Part shown: one piece after another, positions 13,436-26,646 of the stretch
Layout: each line of letters opens with the position of its first letter
How positions within the stretch are numbered: position 1 is the stretch's first letter
Assembly: GCF_036321535.1 (NCBI RefSeq)
Contig: NC_087437.1
Span: forward strand, 110,176,001 to 110,240,000
Reading direction: 5' to 3'
From: Camelus dromedarius
Taxonomy: Eukaryota
Length of the DNA: 64,000 nt
Translations under genes and position numbers: made by a program
The notes under the pieces: model-generated
Databases searched by the model: none
Seen by the model: the letters and a program-made list of their open reading frames with translations, nothing else
Told to the model about the DNA's origin: nothing

Positions 13436-14013
13436 GTATAAATGGAAGTGAATAATACTGCTCCACAAAATTAATAAAATAAACTAATCACTCAAGTATT
13501 TACAACTGAACCCTGCCATGTCATCTCTGTCTTCCACATATCTTCTACCATGTCTTCTCCATAAATTTCCACTGTCCTTTTCTACTTTGAAGCCACACTT
13601 TTATTCCCAAGGCTGCATATATGCAGATAGAAGGAGGAGATTATTGAATGAAACTAAGATTTTCAACAAGAAAACTCTACATGAGTTATATGGTCACATG
13701 GCAGCTAGAATATAGTTTAAATTTGGAATCTAGAATAAACAAGCCACCAAATTAGGAGAAGACTCTCTCATTAAAGGCACATGATCTCATGATAGGCATC
13801 GTGACACACAACAGAGTTGTCTTGGCTTGGATATATTGGTTTTGAAGAATTCCTGAGATGGTCTTCATGCTAATGAGTTTAAAATATGAGTCCAACAGTA
13901 ATTTAGGTTTGCCCCCACATAACACTCCGTTGGTATATAGGGCCCTGTGCAGACTATAAATTTAAGACTCTAGAAACTGACTCTGCCCTTTGACTGAGCC
14001 TTCTTCTCACATC

Positions 14014-14160
14014 ATGAGCTTCTACAACAACTACTGTGGTGGCCTGGGCTATGGCTATGGTGGCCTGGGATGTGACTATGGATGTGGCTACGGTGGCTAT
14101 GGCTATGCATGCTACCGCCCATGCTGCTATGGAAGATACTGGTCTTCTGGCTTCTACTGA
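14014..14160 (+). CDS. KRTAP22-1: Keratin-associated protein 22-1-like (48 aa, single exon; below ORF-track cut-off)
   Basis: [48 protein letters not shown]; MSFxNNY start, GYGYACY motif and 48-aa length match KAP22-1 as recalled; lies between two - strand KRTAP6 genes; TATATAG at 13934-13940. Confidence 0.88.
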   Translation: MSFYNNYCGGLGYGYGGLGCDYGCGYGGYGYACYRPCCYGRYWSSGFY

Positions 14161-15379
14161 GAAATTCTAGATGCTTATCTGTTCAGGATGTTCTCTGATG
14201 AGGCACCATGTGTACCTCGTTCACTAATTGTAATAAGGATGTCCTTGTCTGTTCAGTAATGACTACTGAAGCTTAGAGTACCATGCAACAGCAGACCTTT
14301 TTTGACAGAATTGCCTGAGTGTCCAACCACTTAGAAAAATATTCATTAGATCTATGTTACTAATTGAATACAATCTTAACCATTTCCATTTGGGAAACTG
14401 TCTAAATTGATTTTTCACTAAAGATACTTCATTTTTCACATCTATAATATTTTCATGAATATTTATTTATGTAGATTTCTTGTGATTGTATGAGTGTGTG
14501 TGAGTTGTGTGTGAGATGGCTGGTCTTTCACTCTCTAAGCTGACAATTTATATGTGTGGATGAAAGGTTAAATTCAACCAGTGATTTTCTGTTTGTGTTT
14601 TCTGTGAGGATATACAAGGTCTACTATTGTCTGCCTCAATCTCAAGAAGGCTTATCTTTGAAACCTCCAAACTTTGATTAAGGACATCAGCAAGATGTCA
14701 CCTTTCTTCTCACCATGTAATGCTATTTTTTATTATCTCATCCTTTCCTGTTACTTGATATTTGAATATGCCTCTGGGAGGATATAATTTTTCCTTCTCA
14801 ATTTTATATTACTGCCTGTTCCCTTCCTCACTGACAATATGCACTTGAATCCATCTCATGCATTGTAGCTGCACAGGGGGCTTTTTGTCATTCTCACTTT
14901 GTCACAGGAAGCTACAGAATCAAGGCCATTTTCAGTGAAATTTTCAAGGGTTAGTCTCTGCTTGTCTTTTGGAAAGAGATCTGTTATGCTTCATAACAAG
15001 GCAGTGACTCTGGTAGACTAAAATCATGCAAACATAAATCTGACGTAGAATATAGGCTGCAAATTGTATCTCTGATTCTGGTAGTCTGAGTAATGTTCAA
15101 TAAAGCTGTTCATAGTAACTTTACTTATTTCACTCTATTAATTATCATTAAGTATTAGTAATAATCTCAACGATGATAAAATAGAAATCAATAGTATCTG
15201 TGAATTTTTAGTAATTAATGTTAGAATTTAGAGTACCTAAGACTGAAAGTAAGTCCATACACAATTACTTTCTGAACAGGGGTCAGATTATGAGACAGGC
15301 CAAAATGCATGTTTTCTGGAAGGATCTATGGGGGATAATTATGTAGATGTCTTCCCTCATCAGTTGAAGACAGACTATA

Positions 15380-18310
15380 CATGGGACTATGTATGATTTC
15401 AGTTTTTTAAAATTAATTCATTATTTCTGACCTAACGTATGGTCTATCTTGGAGAACATTCTACACGTGTACTTGAGAGAAATTTGTGTTCTCTTGTTGC
15501 TGGCTATACACTAGACTGTGCTAGGCCTAGGTGGTTTATAGAGTTCTTCAACTATTTATATTACAATTTTCTGTATAGTTGTTCTATTCATTATTCAAAG
15601 TGGAATATTGAAACCTACAACTTTTATTATTGCAATCTTTCTCTTTTCATTCTGTCAATTTTTTGATTTGTGTATAATGGAGCTCTGTTGTTAAGTACAT
15701 TTGAATTTAAAATTATTGTTTCTTCCTGATAGATTGCCACATTTATCATTACAATATATTCTTCTTTCTTTATTAAATTTTTTTGTATTACAATGTCTAT
15801 TTAATCTGGTATTCTTATATCCACTCTAGCTTTCTAATGGTTACTGTTTGCAAATAAATAAATTTTTTCAAGCGAATTAGATTATTGAAATATTTTTCTG
15901 ATGGCTACTCTAAAATCTGTGTCAATAATTTGAATATTCGATAAACTTTGTGTTAATTGCAGTTGATTATATTTCTCATTGGGTTTTAATTTTCTTATTT
16001 CTTGGCATGATAGTAAAAGAGAAATGTTGTGTATTAAAGGCATCTTGGTTCTACTTAAATCTTTTTTTATTTTTAAAGCAGGAAGTCACCATGTTTAGAT
16101 TTAACACATGGTTCTTGTGAGCTATGATTCATAATTTTCAGAGTTGTTGCAGTGTTCTTTTGGTCTGTTTGGTTTATCCTGACCACTGGTTGTCCCACTG
16201 GTCCCTGCCATTGCTGCCTGAAAGAACAGAAAGAATTTCACCAGCCCATGTCCTCTATGTCTTTTGATGGAGTAGTGGGACAGTGAGATTTCCCACCTGT
16301 CTCCCTCACTGCCAAGATGTCTCTTGGATGGGATAGGAGAGTCTTACTTACATAAGGCAGAGACTTCCTGAATTTGGACATAACTGCCTCTAAATAACAT
16401 ATGAAGTAAAGAAGAAATCACATGAGGCATTGAAAAATATTTTAGTAACTACTAAAGAAATGCAATTCAACAAATGTCGACTTATCAATAAAGAATTAGA
16501 GGTAAATTTATACCTTTAGTTATGTTAGGAGAAAAAGGACATTTTAAAAATCAATGCTCTAAGCTTTGTTAAAAAATCTATAAAGGAAAAGAAATTTAAA
16601 TATAAAATAAAAAGAATGAAGGAAAAATAAAGACATGAGTGGAATCAATTCAATAGAAAAAGAATAAACTATAGGAATATCAATAATACTCAAAGAAGGC
16701 TCTTTGAACAGATCAAACTGATAAAATCTAGAAAAATGGATAAAGAGTTTTGAAGAGACAATACAAATTATCAATCTGAGAAATAAAAGAAGCAGCACCT
16801 TTTAGATCCTATTGGCTCCAAAAATTAGTGGATATTATGAAGAATATTTTGCCTATAAATTCCACAACATAAATTAAATGGAAATTTTCTTTTAAATACA
16901 CAAATTACCAACACTGAATCAAATAAATCAGAATAGCACTGTAACTGATAAAGAAAATGAATTTATAATTAAAATTACAAATGCAAAAGGAACAATATGG
17001 ACTAAGAGGTCTTCATTTGTAAATTCTGTTAAATTTTCATAAACCATACTTATGCGTAATGGAAGGAAATGGCAGTAGGCTAGGAATTTAACACCAATAT
17101 TTTTCTCCAAAGCCATACTGACAATAGATATATTACACTTCTGCATATTTTATTAATGTACTAAAAACTGAAACTAATCTTATGAAGAATGCAAATATAT
17201 ATATCAAGTAAACATAGAAACACACTAGTAATAATGTACAATTTTAATATTCACTCTCACAAAAAACAAATCAAAAAGAAAAAAATAAGTAAAAAGAGAG
17301 AAAATTTAAAAATTTAATTAATTAGTTTAATTAGTTTTCAAGGATGTATACTCACCTCTATAGAATTAGTAGAGAACAAACCTTCTTCTCAAGCTTTCAT
17401 AGAAAGCTCGATCATATATTAGGTCAGAAAAATTATTGGGAGTGTTTAAATTGGTAGTGTTTAAATACTGCTGAACACATTTTCTGTTATGCTTTAAAAC
17501 TAGAAATTGCTAACAAAATCAAAAGACAGAGAATCCTGTTCACCTGGAGAGTAAATCTTTGATTAAACAACTCTCAGCTGAAAGAGAAAATACAAGATGA
17601 GATTGTAGAATTTCAGATAAATAATGGTAATGATAATAGTACTTAGAATCTGCAAGAAAACTTCAAGCAGTAATTAGAGAAAAATGCATAGCACTGAACA
17701 CTTCTGTCAGTGAAAATGAAAGAAATAACACAAATAAGTTAGTACCCCAGGTTAAAAATATTCATAAACAACAGTGAAGTGGAAACCAAAGAAACGGCAA
17801 GGAAGGAAGTAATAAATAGACATAAGCATAAATTAATAAAGTAGAAGCTACTAAAAGTTAGACTTTTAAAATGATTCAAAATGCTACTATTTCCAAAGTT
17901 TGACTTTTATAAATCACTTGCTAATTAATTTAATCAATTTGACCATAATCAAAGAAAAAGAAGCATAAACTAAGTAAGAAATAATAAAAGGAAAATAAAT
18001 ATGGAAACAAGATGTTTTAAAATTCATATGAATCAAATTTGCAGATCTTTAAGGTAATACATTTGGAAACCTAGATGAAGAGGATAATTTCATAAAGGAA
18101 TACAGATTACCAAACTTGACACCGTTACATTTAGAAAATATAAACAGACCGATTTCCTTACAACAAGCAACAGCAACAAAAAACCTTAGAAATACAACAC
18201 AAAATATTCCAGGTCCAGATAATTTTTCAGGGAAGTTCTACCAAATCTTCAGATGTAGAATAATTTGATGTTCTATAGATGGTTCCCTAGCACTGCAAAT
18301 GAGGGAAACT
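15380..18310. mobile_element. Ancient L1 fragments (- strand ~15380-16380, + strand ~16380-18310); paralogous set at ~25140-26640 and ~27800-29230
   Basis: Decayed ORF2-like segments, e.g. GGTCTATCTTGGAGAACATTC (antisense) and GGAAACCTAGATGAAGAGGATAATTTC; T-rich then A-rich strand bias. Confidence 0.7.
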
Positions 18311-18328
18311 TGTATTGCTATCAATGCA

Positions 18329-18736
18329 TGTGTCGGGCAGATTATTAAAGTGTCTTCATGATTTCTGCCTCTTGATATCAACACCCTAGTGATGCCCTCA
18401 TCTTGAGTGTGGACAAGATTTGTTATTTACTTCTAACAACAGAATATGACAAAAGTAATAAAATATATGTGATTGTATGTATGTGATTCTGTTACATAAA
18501 ATTGCATGGGATTGTAGCTCCCATCTTGCTGGAGTAGCTTCCTCTCCCTTCCTGGCTTAGAGAAAGCAAACAACTGTATCTGAGAACCAACATGGTAAGG
18601 AACTACAGGCAGCCTCCTGGAGCTGAAGGTGGCCTACAGCAGGCAGCCTGCAGAGGCATCCCAACAACAGTCAACATTGAGGCCCTCAGTTATACAACCA
18701 CAAGGAATGAAATTCTGCCAAAACACTGTAAGTGAT
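18329..18736 (+). mobile_element. MLT1 (ERVL-MaLR) LTR, 3'-truncated
   Basis: CCCTCATCTTGAGTGTGGACAAG...CTTCTAACAACAGAATATG...CAACCACAAGGAATGAAATTCTGCCAA typical of MLT1 LTRs. Confidence 0.75.
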
Positions 18737-18790
18737 GTTGGACATCAAATAACTGACGTAAAACCAGGGTTTCTGTTTAGATTGCACAAG

Positions 18791-18796
18791 TTTATT
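18791..18796 (-). terminator. Polyadenylation signal of KRTAP6 copy B
   Basis: AATAAA on - strand ~285 nt after stop; conserved at 30157-30162. Confidence 0.75.
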
Positions 18797-19081
18797 AGGT
18801 CAACAGAGAAACAAGCTCCAACATGAAAGTCAAGGCAGTTGCTTGACACCATCATCCTGACAAAAGCAGAACTCTGAGGTCACAGGTGAATTTTGCCATC
18901 TCACACTTCTTGAGGTAAATTCAGGGAATTTGTAGGTTGAACGGTAGGTCAACAACAGACTATATTAGACTTCCATGATGCAGGGTAATCATCACCCAAG
19001 GGAGAGGCACAGAACATGAGAGGTTCAGAATGGGGAATCCTGAGGTCCAGGTGTAGAGGATGAGAGTCTTCCATGGCGTCC

Positions 19082-19276
19082 TCAATAGTAGTAACCAAAG
19101 CCAGAGCCGCAGCCAGAGCCACACCCATAGCCACAGCCATAACCACAGCCCAGTCTGCGGAAGCCACAGCCATAGCAGGACCCATAGCCGCAGCCCAGGC
19201 CTCCGTAGCCACAGCAGCCGTAGCCACAGCAGCCGTAGCCACGGCCCCCATAGTAGTTTCCGTAGTAGCCGCACAT
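19082..19276 (-). CDS. Keratin-associated protein 6 family, copy B (64 aa; chimeric flanks)
   Basis: [70 protein letters not shown]; intact TATA and AATAAA. Confidence 0.95.
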   Translation of the reverse strand: MCGYYGNYYGGRGYGCCGYGCCGYGGLGCGYGSCYGCGFRRLGCGYGCGYGCGSGCGSGFGYYY

Positions 19277-19365
19277 GGTGTTGGTGTTGGGTTGAGGTTG
19301 TCCTTGGGTAGAGATGGAGAGTAGAAGTGTCACTTCAGGGTGGACATGTCTCCCTGCAGAGGGCC

Positions 19366-19372
19366 TTTTATA
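19366..19372 (-). promoter_or_regulatory. TATA box of KRTAP6 copy B
   Basis: TATAAAA on - strand ~90 bp upstream of ATG. Confidence 0.85.
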
Positions 19373-21761
19373 TGTCCTCAGTGTGGGTGTGACCCACCAC
19401 AACTTCATGACGTTGCCAAACTTTATGACTAATCTAATTAGTTTGTTGTCCCTCAGCCATAAGATAAAGCTTGAGAGAAATTCAGGGAGCTTGCTGTCTT
19501 GGTTTCTCAGTTTGGACTCCTCTTATACAATTGAGGTTTTGAATGAAGGAGGCATCCACTCACAGCTACACAGACATGTCCAAAATTACACTTTCATTTT
19601 AACCTCCTGGTACCATCTTTTATATCAAGAAAGGTGGTATTTTTTAGACTTTTGACCCTCAAGAATGTTACTATTTTATAACATTTAAAAAAATTCCTTT
19701 TGAATGATAAATTTTTCTTCTCTCTTGATCTAAATTATTGCTTTCTCCAGGGATTTAGTGTCTTTTCTATGTATCTTTCATGCCCATAGTCTTGATAATA
19801 TTTTTACTCATTAAAATTTCAAGAGAATCAGTTCTGAACAAAATGCCTTCTACTTTCCTACTTACACCAATGAGTGGAATTTTCATTTATGTTCAGCTTC
19901 TACTAAAGGACATGAAAATAGAATTCATTCTTTGGAATCCAATTTCTATATTTCTTTTTTCCCTAATTGTATATATAATTATTAGTTAATATTCTAGGTA
20001 ACTATTCAACTGCATTAACATTATGTACTTGTGTTAACAATGAATTAGACAGAGAACTATTCCTTTCTCAGTATGTCCAGTCAGTACACTCTATAACCTG
20101 GCATGCTGAACTTTCTTGCATAACCCTTGAATTACAACTACCTTCCTTGAAATCAATGTGATAACTCATCATTTTGGGCAGCCAAAGAAAAATGTTGGTA
20201 GTGTTATAATCAGAAAGAATATTTATCTATCTTTAAGAAAATGAATGTGGAAAGCAGCATTATTCAAATAGAACAAGGATTTCTGATATACAATGATAGT
20301 TCTTAGTCAAAATATTATTTTTATATGTCTCTCAGGGTAAACTTAGGCTGGATTTAGAGAGTGGAATTTGGGGCTGGTTTACATTGCAGTGAAGATGGTT
20401 TAAGAAATTAAACATCCTCTGCATTTTAACCAACTGTCTCTGTAGATCATCAAAACATGGACATTGATATTTTCAATTACTAATTCATCTAATATGGTAA
20501 CCATTTCAAATGAATCAAGAGGAAATAACATCTTAATGATACATAAAAATGTCTTCATGCTAAAGATCAGATCAACACACTCATCTGTTCAACGACATGT
20601 GTTTTTGAATATATTTCCATGTGTTCTTGGTTTGTGCATTTTTTTAAAGTAAATATCTTATTGTAACATTTAATTCACTACTGAATTGAGATGCGGTAAG
20701 TAGAGGACATCTTCAAATTTCTCATATAGAAATTAGCAGTAGCTTCAGCTCCCACAGTGCCAAGTCAATCAATCACAAGTTTTTAGTAAAAACTAGTTGA
20801 AATAATAATTCTTCTCCTTCAAGGATATTTAAGTTGTTATAACATGGCTAAATTTGGTAAGCCATAACTCTATCAGTTTTTTTAATACTATTACTAACCT
20901 AGGCTTTTTATGTATTTGATTAAAAAATAGAATACATTGTTTCTATGCAGCTCAATTTTCCTAATTTCAACATTCATTATACTTTTTCTCCTTAAGGTTA
21001 CATCCAGGAATTAATTTGGTTCTTTTGAAAACTGAGTTACCCTCTCTGATCATAGCAGTGAGAGCTTTGCACTGCATCATTTTTCCCCCTATTCTATCTG
21101 GTGTGTTATTCTGAATATACTTGATTCTCAAGTATATTCCAAAATCAAGGGTAAAACAAGCCTAATTTCACTCTTCATGACCTTCAAAGTAATCCCCATT
21201 GTCATATTCTACTTCATAGCAAAACATCACAAGTGTATTTATACCCATGGAGGCATTTTGATATTCCTTTACCTCTCTGTTCTTATTTTTTGGTCTCTGG
21301 CCTCCACTGCTCTAACTGAGATGCCCTTGCAGAGATCAAGACCTCAGTCTTGCCCTATCTAAGAAGTCAAATGTTCAATTTACTCAGCCTCTGAGTACTT
21401 TTAGATCCACCAAACTCTTTTCATTCCTAAAAGACTCCAATCTTTAGCATCACCTTACAAACACAGCTTTGGTTCAGTTCCAACCTCAGCAGCTGCTTCT
21501 TTTGAGTATCTTCTCTTTTCTCTTCTCAGATTTTTCCCTCAACTGATAGAGTGCCCAGCTATGTGTTTGCTACACATATAGTCTCTAGCTAAACCTGTAG
21601 ATGGATCGCACTTGGATACATTCTTTTTTTCAATCAGTGTTAATTTCAATCTTATTTTTTCCACATATATTTAATATATATTATATATCTCATTTTCATA
21701 TATTTTTCATGTATATTACATATTTTCATATATTATATTTTTCATATATATTATATATTAC

Positions 21762-21766
<5 letters not shown>

Positions 21767-21797
<31 letters not shown>
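21767..21797. repeat. (TG)n microsatellite preceded by AT-rich low-complexity tract
   Basis: Directly visible. Confidence 0.9.
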
Positions 21798-21798
<1 letters not shown>

Positions 21799-23845
21799 TT
21801 CAAATTAACCCTTATCTCCATGGATTAATAGTCATTAGAAATTTAACAAGACAAATTGCATTCATGGCTCTCTATACTACTCAGCCTGCTTCATTATTTT
21901 TTCTACATCTCAAAGCATGCTTGGCATAAATCAGGTTGTGACCTTCCTTTTGAAAATCCTTCAAAGTCTTCCCACATTAGAATGGCTAGAGTAGACACCA
22001 AGCATGCCATTAAACTTCAGTTTCAGAATGTTGAATTTCAAAATTCAGAATATTGAATTTCCAAAAGCTTGCAAGAGGAATATTTAAGCTAAAATAGTTT
22101 GTTTATCGACCATTTAGATTTAACTAGATGTCTTGCATTTTCATTTGTTACATCTGTCAACCCAAGGTTTAGAAAACATAGCCACATGACCCAGCCCTTC
22201 CTCTCCATTACGATTCACAGAACTTAGTCGCATTTCAGCGCCTCAAAATGACCTTGTTGTTTCCGCCATAAACTCTCCGCCCTTGAGCTCTTGAAATAAT
22301 AACAAAAATATCTCATCTTCTCTTTTAGTTCTCTCAGAGAGCCTTTTCTTGACCACACAGTGTTATGTAATCCCTCATCAATAACTCTTTTAATTTCCCC
22401 TAATTCACCTTGATTAAATATTTATATACCCACATCAGTATCAGAAAATATTCATTTTTAAATCTTTGTCTGTCTTGAATTTCCTGACCCAGCGTGATCC
22501 AGAATATATGCTCCATAAAAATAGTGACTTCATCTGTCATATTCACTGCTCCATTCCCAGTGCTTATAATAGTGCCCAGTGTACAGTTGGTTCTTTAAAA
22601 AGTTTGATGTATGAAAGACATAATAGATGATCAGCTCAATAAATGGAAGAATAGTTATGTTTTCCTTTTGAATCTCATATTTTAAAATAATCTTAGATTT
22701 GCATAAAGTTATGAAAATATTAAAAAAAACTCTCATAAACTCATTACTCAATATCCCCAACCTTAACATCTTTCATAGTACTTTTATCAAACCAATAAAG
22801 TCAACCTTGTACCACACTCTTAACTATGAATTCTTATTTTATTTTTTTTCCTTTTTATCTTTTTGTTGTTGTTGTTTCAGGATCCAATCACATTGCCTTT
22901 GGTTGCGTATTATTTTTTCTCTTCCAATTAGTGCCAGTTTCTCTTTTACACTTCTTTCCTTGAGTGTCATGGCCTTGACAATTTTAAAGATATTGATCAG
23001 ATATTTAGCAGAATATTCTCAATTTGGGTTTGTTTGAAGTTTTCTCATATGCATGCTGAGGTTATACATTTCAGCAGAACGCCAAAAGAGATGTGCCTTT
23101 TTGAGCATGACATATCAGAGGGTACATCACATCAATAAAACACTGAGAGTTTCTGGGATCATTTTTAAACTTAGATTTCTGATAGAATGACTTGTTCCTT
23201 TCCTATACATCCAGGATTAACTAATGGGGTTAAACTTCAGGGTCTTTCCCTAGTTTTGTGTCATATGTAGAATTATAGATACATGTTTATGTAAGGTCTA
23301 ACCCAAAGGGAAGTAAATATATTACTCCTCAAAAAGTGATAAGACTGAATTATTCAATGTTTTACAAGTGAATCCTGCCGACCATGTCTTCTGTCCCACA
23401 AAATTTCCGTTCTTCTCTTTCCTGTTAAAGCAACCCTTTTATTCCTAAGGCTTCATATATACACATAGAAGGTAGATATTAAATGAAAATAAGATTTTCA
23501 ACAGGTAGAATCTGCATGGGTTATACAATCTCATGGTAGCTAGTAACACAGTTTAAATTTGGAATCTGGGATAAACAAGCCACCAAATTAGGAAATGGGT
23601 CTTTTATTAAAGGCATATGATTTCATGACAAGCATCATGACACACAACAGAGTTGTTTTGGCTTGGATATACTGGTTAGGAGGAATACTTGAGATAATTT
23701 TAACAACAATTAGTTTGAAACATGAATACAAGAGAGCCTGTGGTTTGCCCCATATACTACTCCATAAGTATATAAGGCCCTGGGCAGATTATAAACATAA
23801 AACCCTAGAAACTGACTCTGCCCTTAGACTGAGCCTTCTCACATC

Positions 23846-23991
23846 ATGAGCTTCTACAACAACTACTGTGGTGGCCTGGCTATGTCTATGGTGGCCTGGG
23901 ATGTGGCTATGGATGTGGCTACGGTGGCTATGGCTATGCCTGCTACCGCCCATGCTGCTATGGAAGATACTGGTCTTCTGGCTTCTACTGA
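23846..23991 (+). pseudogene. KRTAP22-1-like duplicate with 1-bp frameshift (possible pseudogene, null allele or sequencing error)
   Basis: Near-identical to 14014-14160 but CTGGGCTAT is CTGGCTAT at ~23876-23883 (146 bp vs 147). The shifted frame gives MSFYNNYCGGLAMSMVAWD...EKF* ending at 24001. Confidence 0.85.
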
Positions 23992-26646
23992 GAAGTTCTA
24001 GATGCTCATCTTTCAGGATGTTCTCTGATGAGGCACCACGTGTACCTCCTGCATTGAGGTAATAAGAATGTCCTTGTCTGTTCAGTAATGGCTACTGAAT
24101 CTTAGACTACCATGCATCAGCAGACCTTTTTTAATGGAATTGCCTGAGTGTCCAACCATTTAGAAAAATATTCATTTGATCTATGTTACTGTTATAATTG
24201 AATACAATCTTAACCATTTCCATTTGGGAAAATGTCTAAATTTTCATTAAAGGTACTCTGTTTTTCACACATACAACGTTTTCATGCATATCATTTATGT
24301 AGATTTATTCCGACTGTGTATGTGTTTGTTTAGAAGTTGCTGGCCTCTATATACACTCTCTTTATTGACAATTTATTTGTGTGGTTGAAAAGTCATATTC
24401 AACCACTGCTTTTCTACTATTTGTTTTTTGTAAGTATATCCAGAGGCTACTTACTATTATCTGCCTTGATCTCATCAAAGCCTTATCTTTGGAACATTCA
24501 AACTTTGATATTTGCAAAGTGGTACCTCCCTGCTCACTACTTCATGCTGTCTCTTTAGCATCTCATTCTTTCTCTATACTTGGTATTTGAATATGCCTTT
24601 GGGAGGATGTAACTTTTTTCTTCTAAATTTTATATTACTGCTGATTCCTTTCCTCACTGACAGTATGTACTTGAACTCATCTTATGCATTGTAGCTGCAC
24701 AGGGGGCTTTCTGTCAGGAAGACAGAATTTGAGGTGTTTTTCAGTGAAATTTTCAATGGGTCAATATGCTTTCTTTTTGGAAAGCTATCTGTTATGTTTC
24801 ATAACAAGGCAGTGGCTTGGGTAGACTGAAATAATGCAAACGCAAGTCTGATCCAGAAGAGAGTCTGTAAAGTGCATCCCCAATCCTAGTAGTCTGGGTA
24901 ATGTTCAGTAAAGTTGTTTACAGTAACTTTACCTAATTCACTCAATTTATTATTATTAAGCATTAGTAATAATTTGAACAATGATGAGATATAAATCAAC
25001 AATATCTATTAATTTTTTAGTAACTAATGCTAGAGTTTGTGGATGCCAAGACTGAAACTGAGTTCATACACAATGACTTTCTGAATACAGATCAAATTGT
25101 GAGATTGAACAAGATCTCAACTTGCCCCAAATGTGTTAATTAATTCATTCTTTTTGACCTAGCATATGGTCTATCTTGGAGAACATTCCACATGTGTACT
25201 TGAGAGAAATTTGTGGTCTCTTGTAATTGGGTATTTACTAGACGTCTGTTAGGTCTAGTTGGTTTATAGTGTTCTTCAACTATTTATATTATAATCATCT
25301 GCATAGTTGTTCTATCCATTATTCTAGTGGGATATTGAAATCTTCAACTATTATTTTTGCAGTATTTGTCCCTTTCCATTCTGTCAATTTTTGATTTTTG
25401 GATTTTGAAGCTCTGTTGTTTTAATATATTTGAATTTAAAATTTGTTATCTTCTTGATAAATTGGCACATTTATTATTGCAAAATGTCTCTCTCTTACTG
25501 TTTTAAAATTCCTTATTTCAAAATCCATTTAGTTGGTATTGTTAAACCCACTCAAGCTTTTTAATGTTTCTGTTAATATACACACACACACACACACACA
25601 ATATCCTTTTGCTTTCAACCTATTTTTTTTCTAGAGATTCTGATTACTAAAACATTTTATGATAGCTACTTTAAAATCTGTATCAGATAATTTGAACATT
25701 TGGTTAACTTATTGTTAAGGTCAAATGATTGTTTTCTCTCATTCAATTTGTAATTTTTATGTTTCTTGCTATAATAATGTGGAGAAATTGTGTGTATCAA
25801 AAGCTTCTTGGTTCTATTTAAAGCTCTTTTGAAAGCAAGAAGTCACCCTGTTTAGGTTGAGGTATGTTGTGGGCTGTGATTCATAATTTTTAGAGTTGTT
25901 GCAGTAGTCTTTTGGTCTGTTTGGTTTATCTTGCACCACTGGCTGTCCCACTGGTCCATTGCTGCCTGAAAGCGCAGAAATAATTTCACCAGCCAACCTG
26001 CTGTGTGTCTTTTGGTGGAATGATGTTACAGTAAGATTCCCCACCTTTGCTCCTCAGTGCCAAGATGTGTTTGAAGAGAACAGAAGAGTGTAAGGTACAT
26101 GAGAACAGTATTCCTTGATTTGGAAATAATTCCCTTTAAATAATCAAATATATGGCTTACCGCCAAAGAATTGATTAAACTGAGATTTACAGCTTTAAAT
26201 ATTTGTTAGGAAAGAAGGACATTTTAAAAATCAATTCTCTAAGCTTCTTTCAAAAGCAAAATAGGAAGAGAAAGTTAAATATAAAGTAAGAAGAATGAAG
26301 GAAAAATGGAGATATGAATGCAATTAATTCAATAGAAAATGGACAAGCTATAAAGAAAATCGATAATTACCTAAATTGGTAATTTGGACAGATCAATCAA
26401 ATCGACAAGTTCTAGATATAAATCAAAAATACAGGAGAAAGAATATAAATTACTAGTGTGAAAAATGAAAGGATCAACATCTTTTAAAATCCCACAGGCT
26501 CAAAACATAAGTGGATAATATGAAGGATGTTAGCCAATAATTTCCAGAACTTGGATGAAATGAAAATTTTCCTTTAAATACACCAATTGCCAAAACTGAC
26601 TCCAGTAAATTTGAATAACACTGTATCTAATAAAAAAATAAATTCT

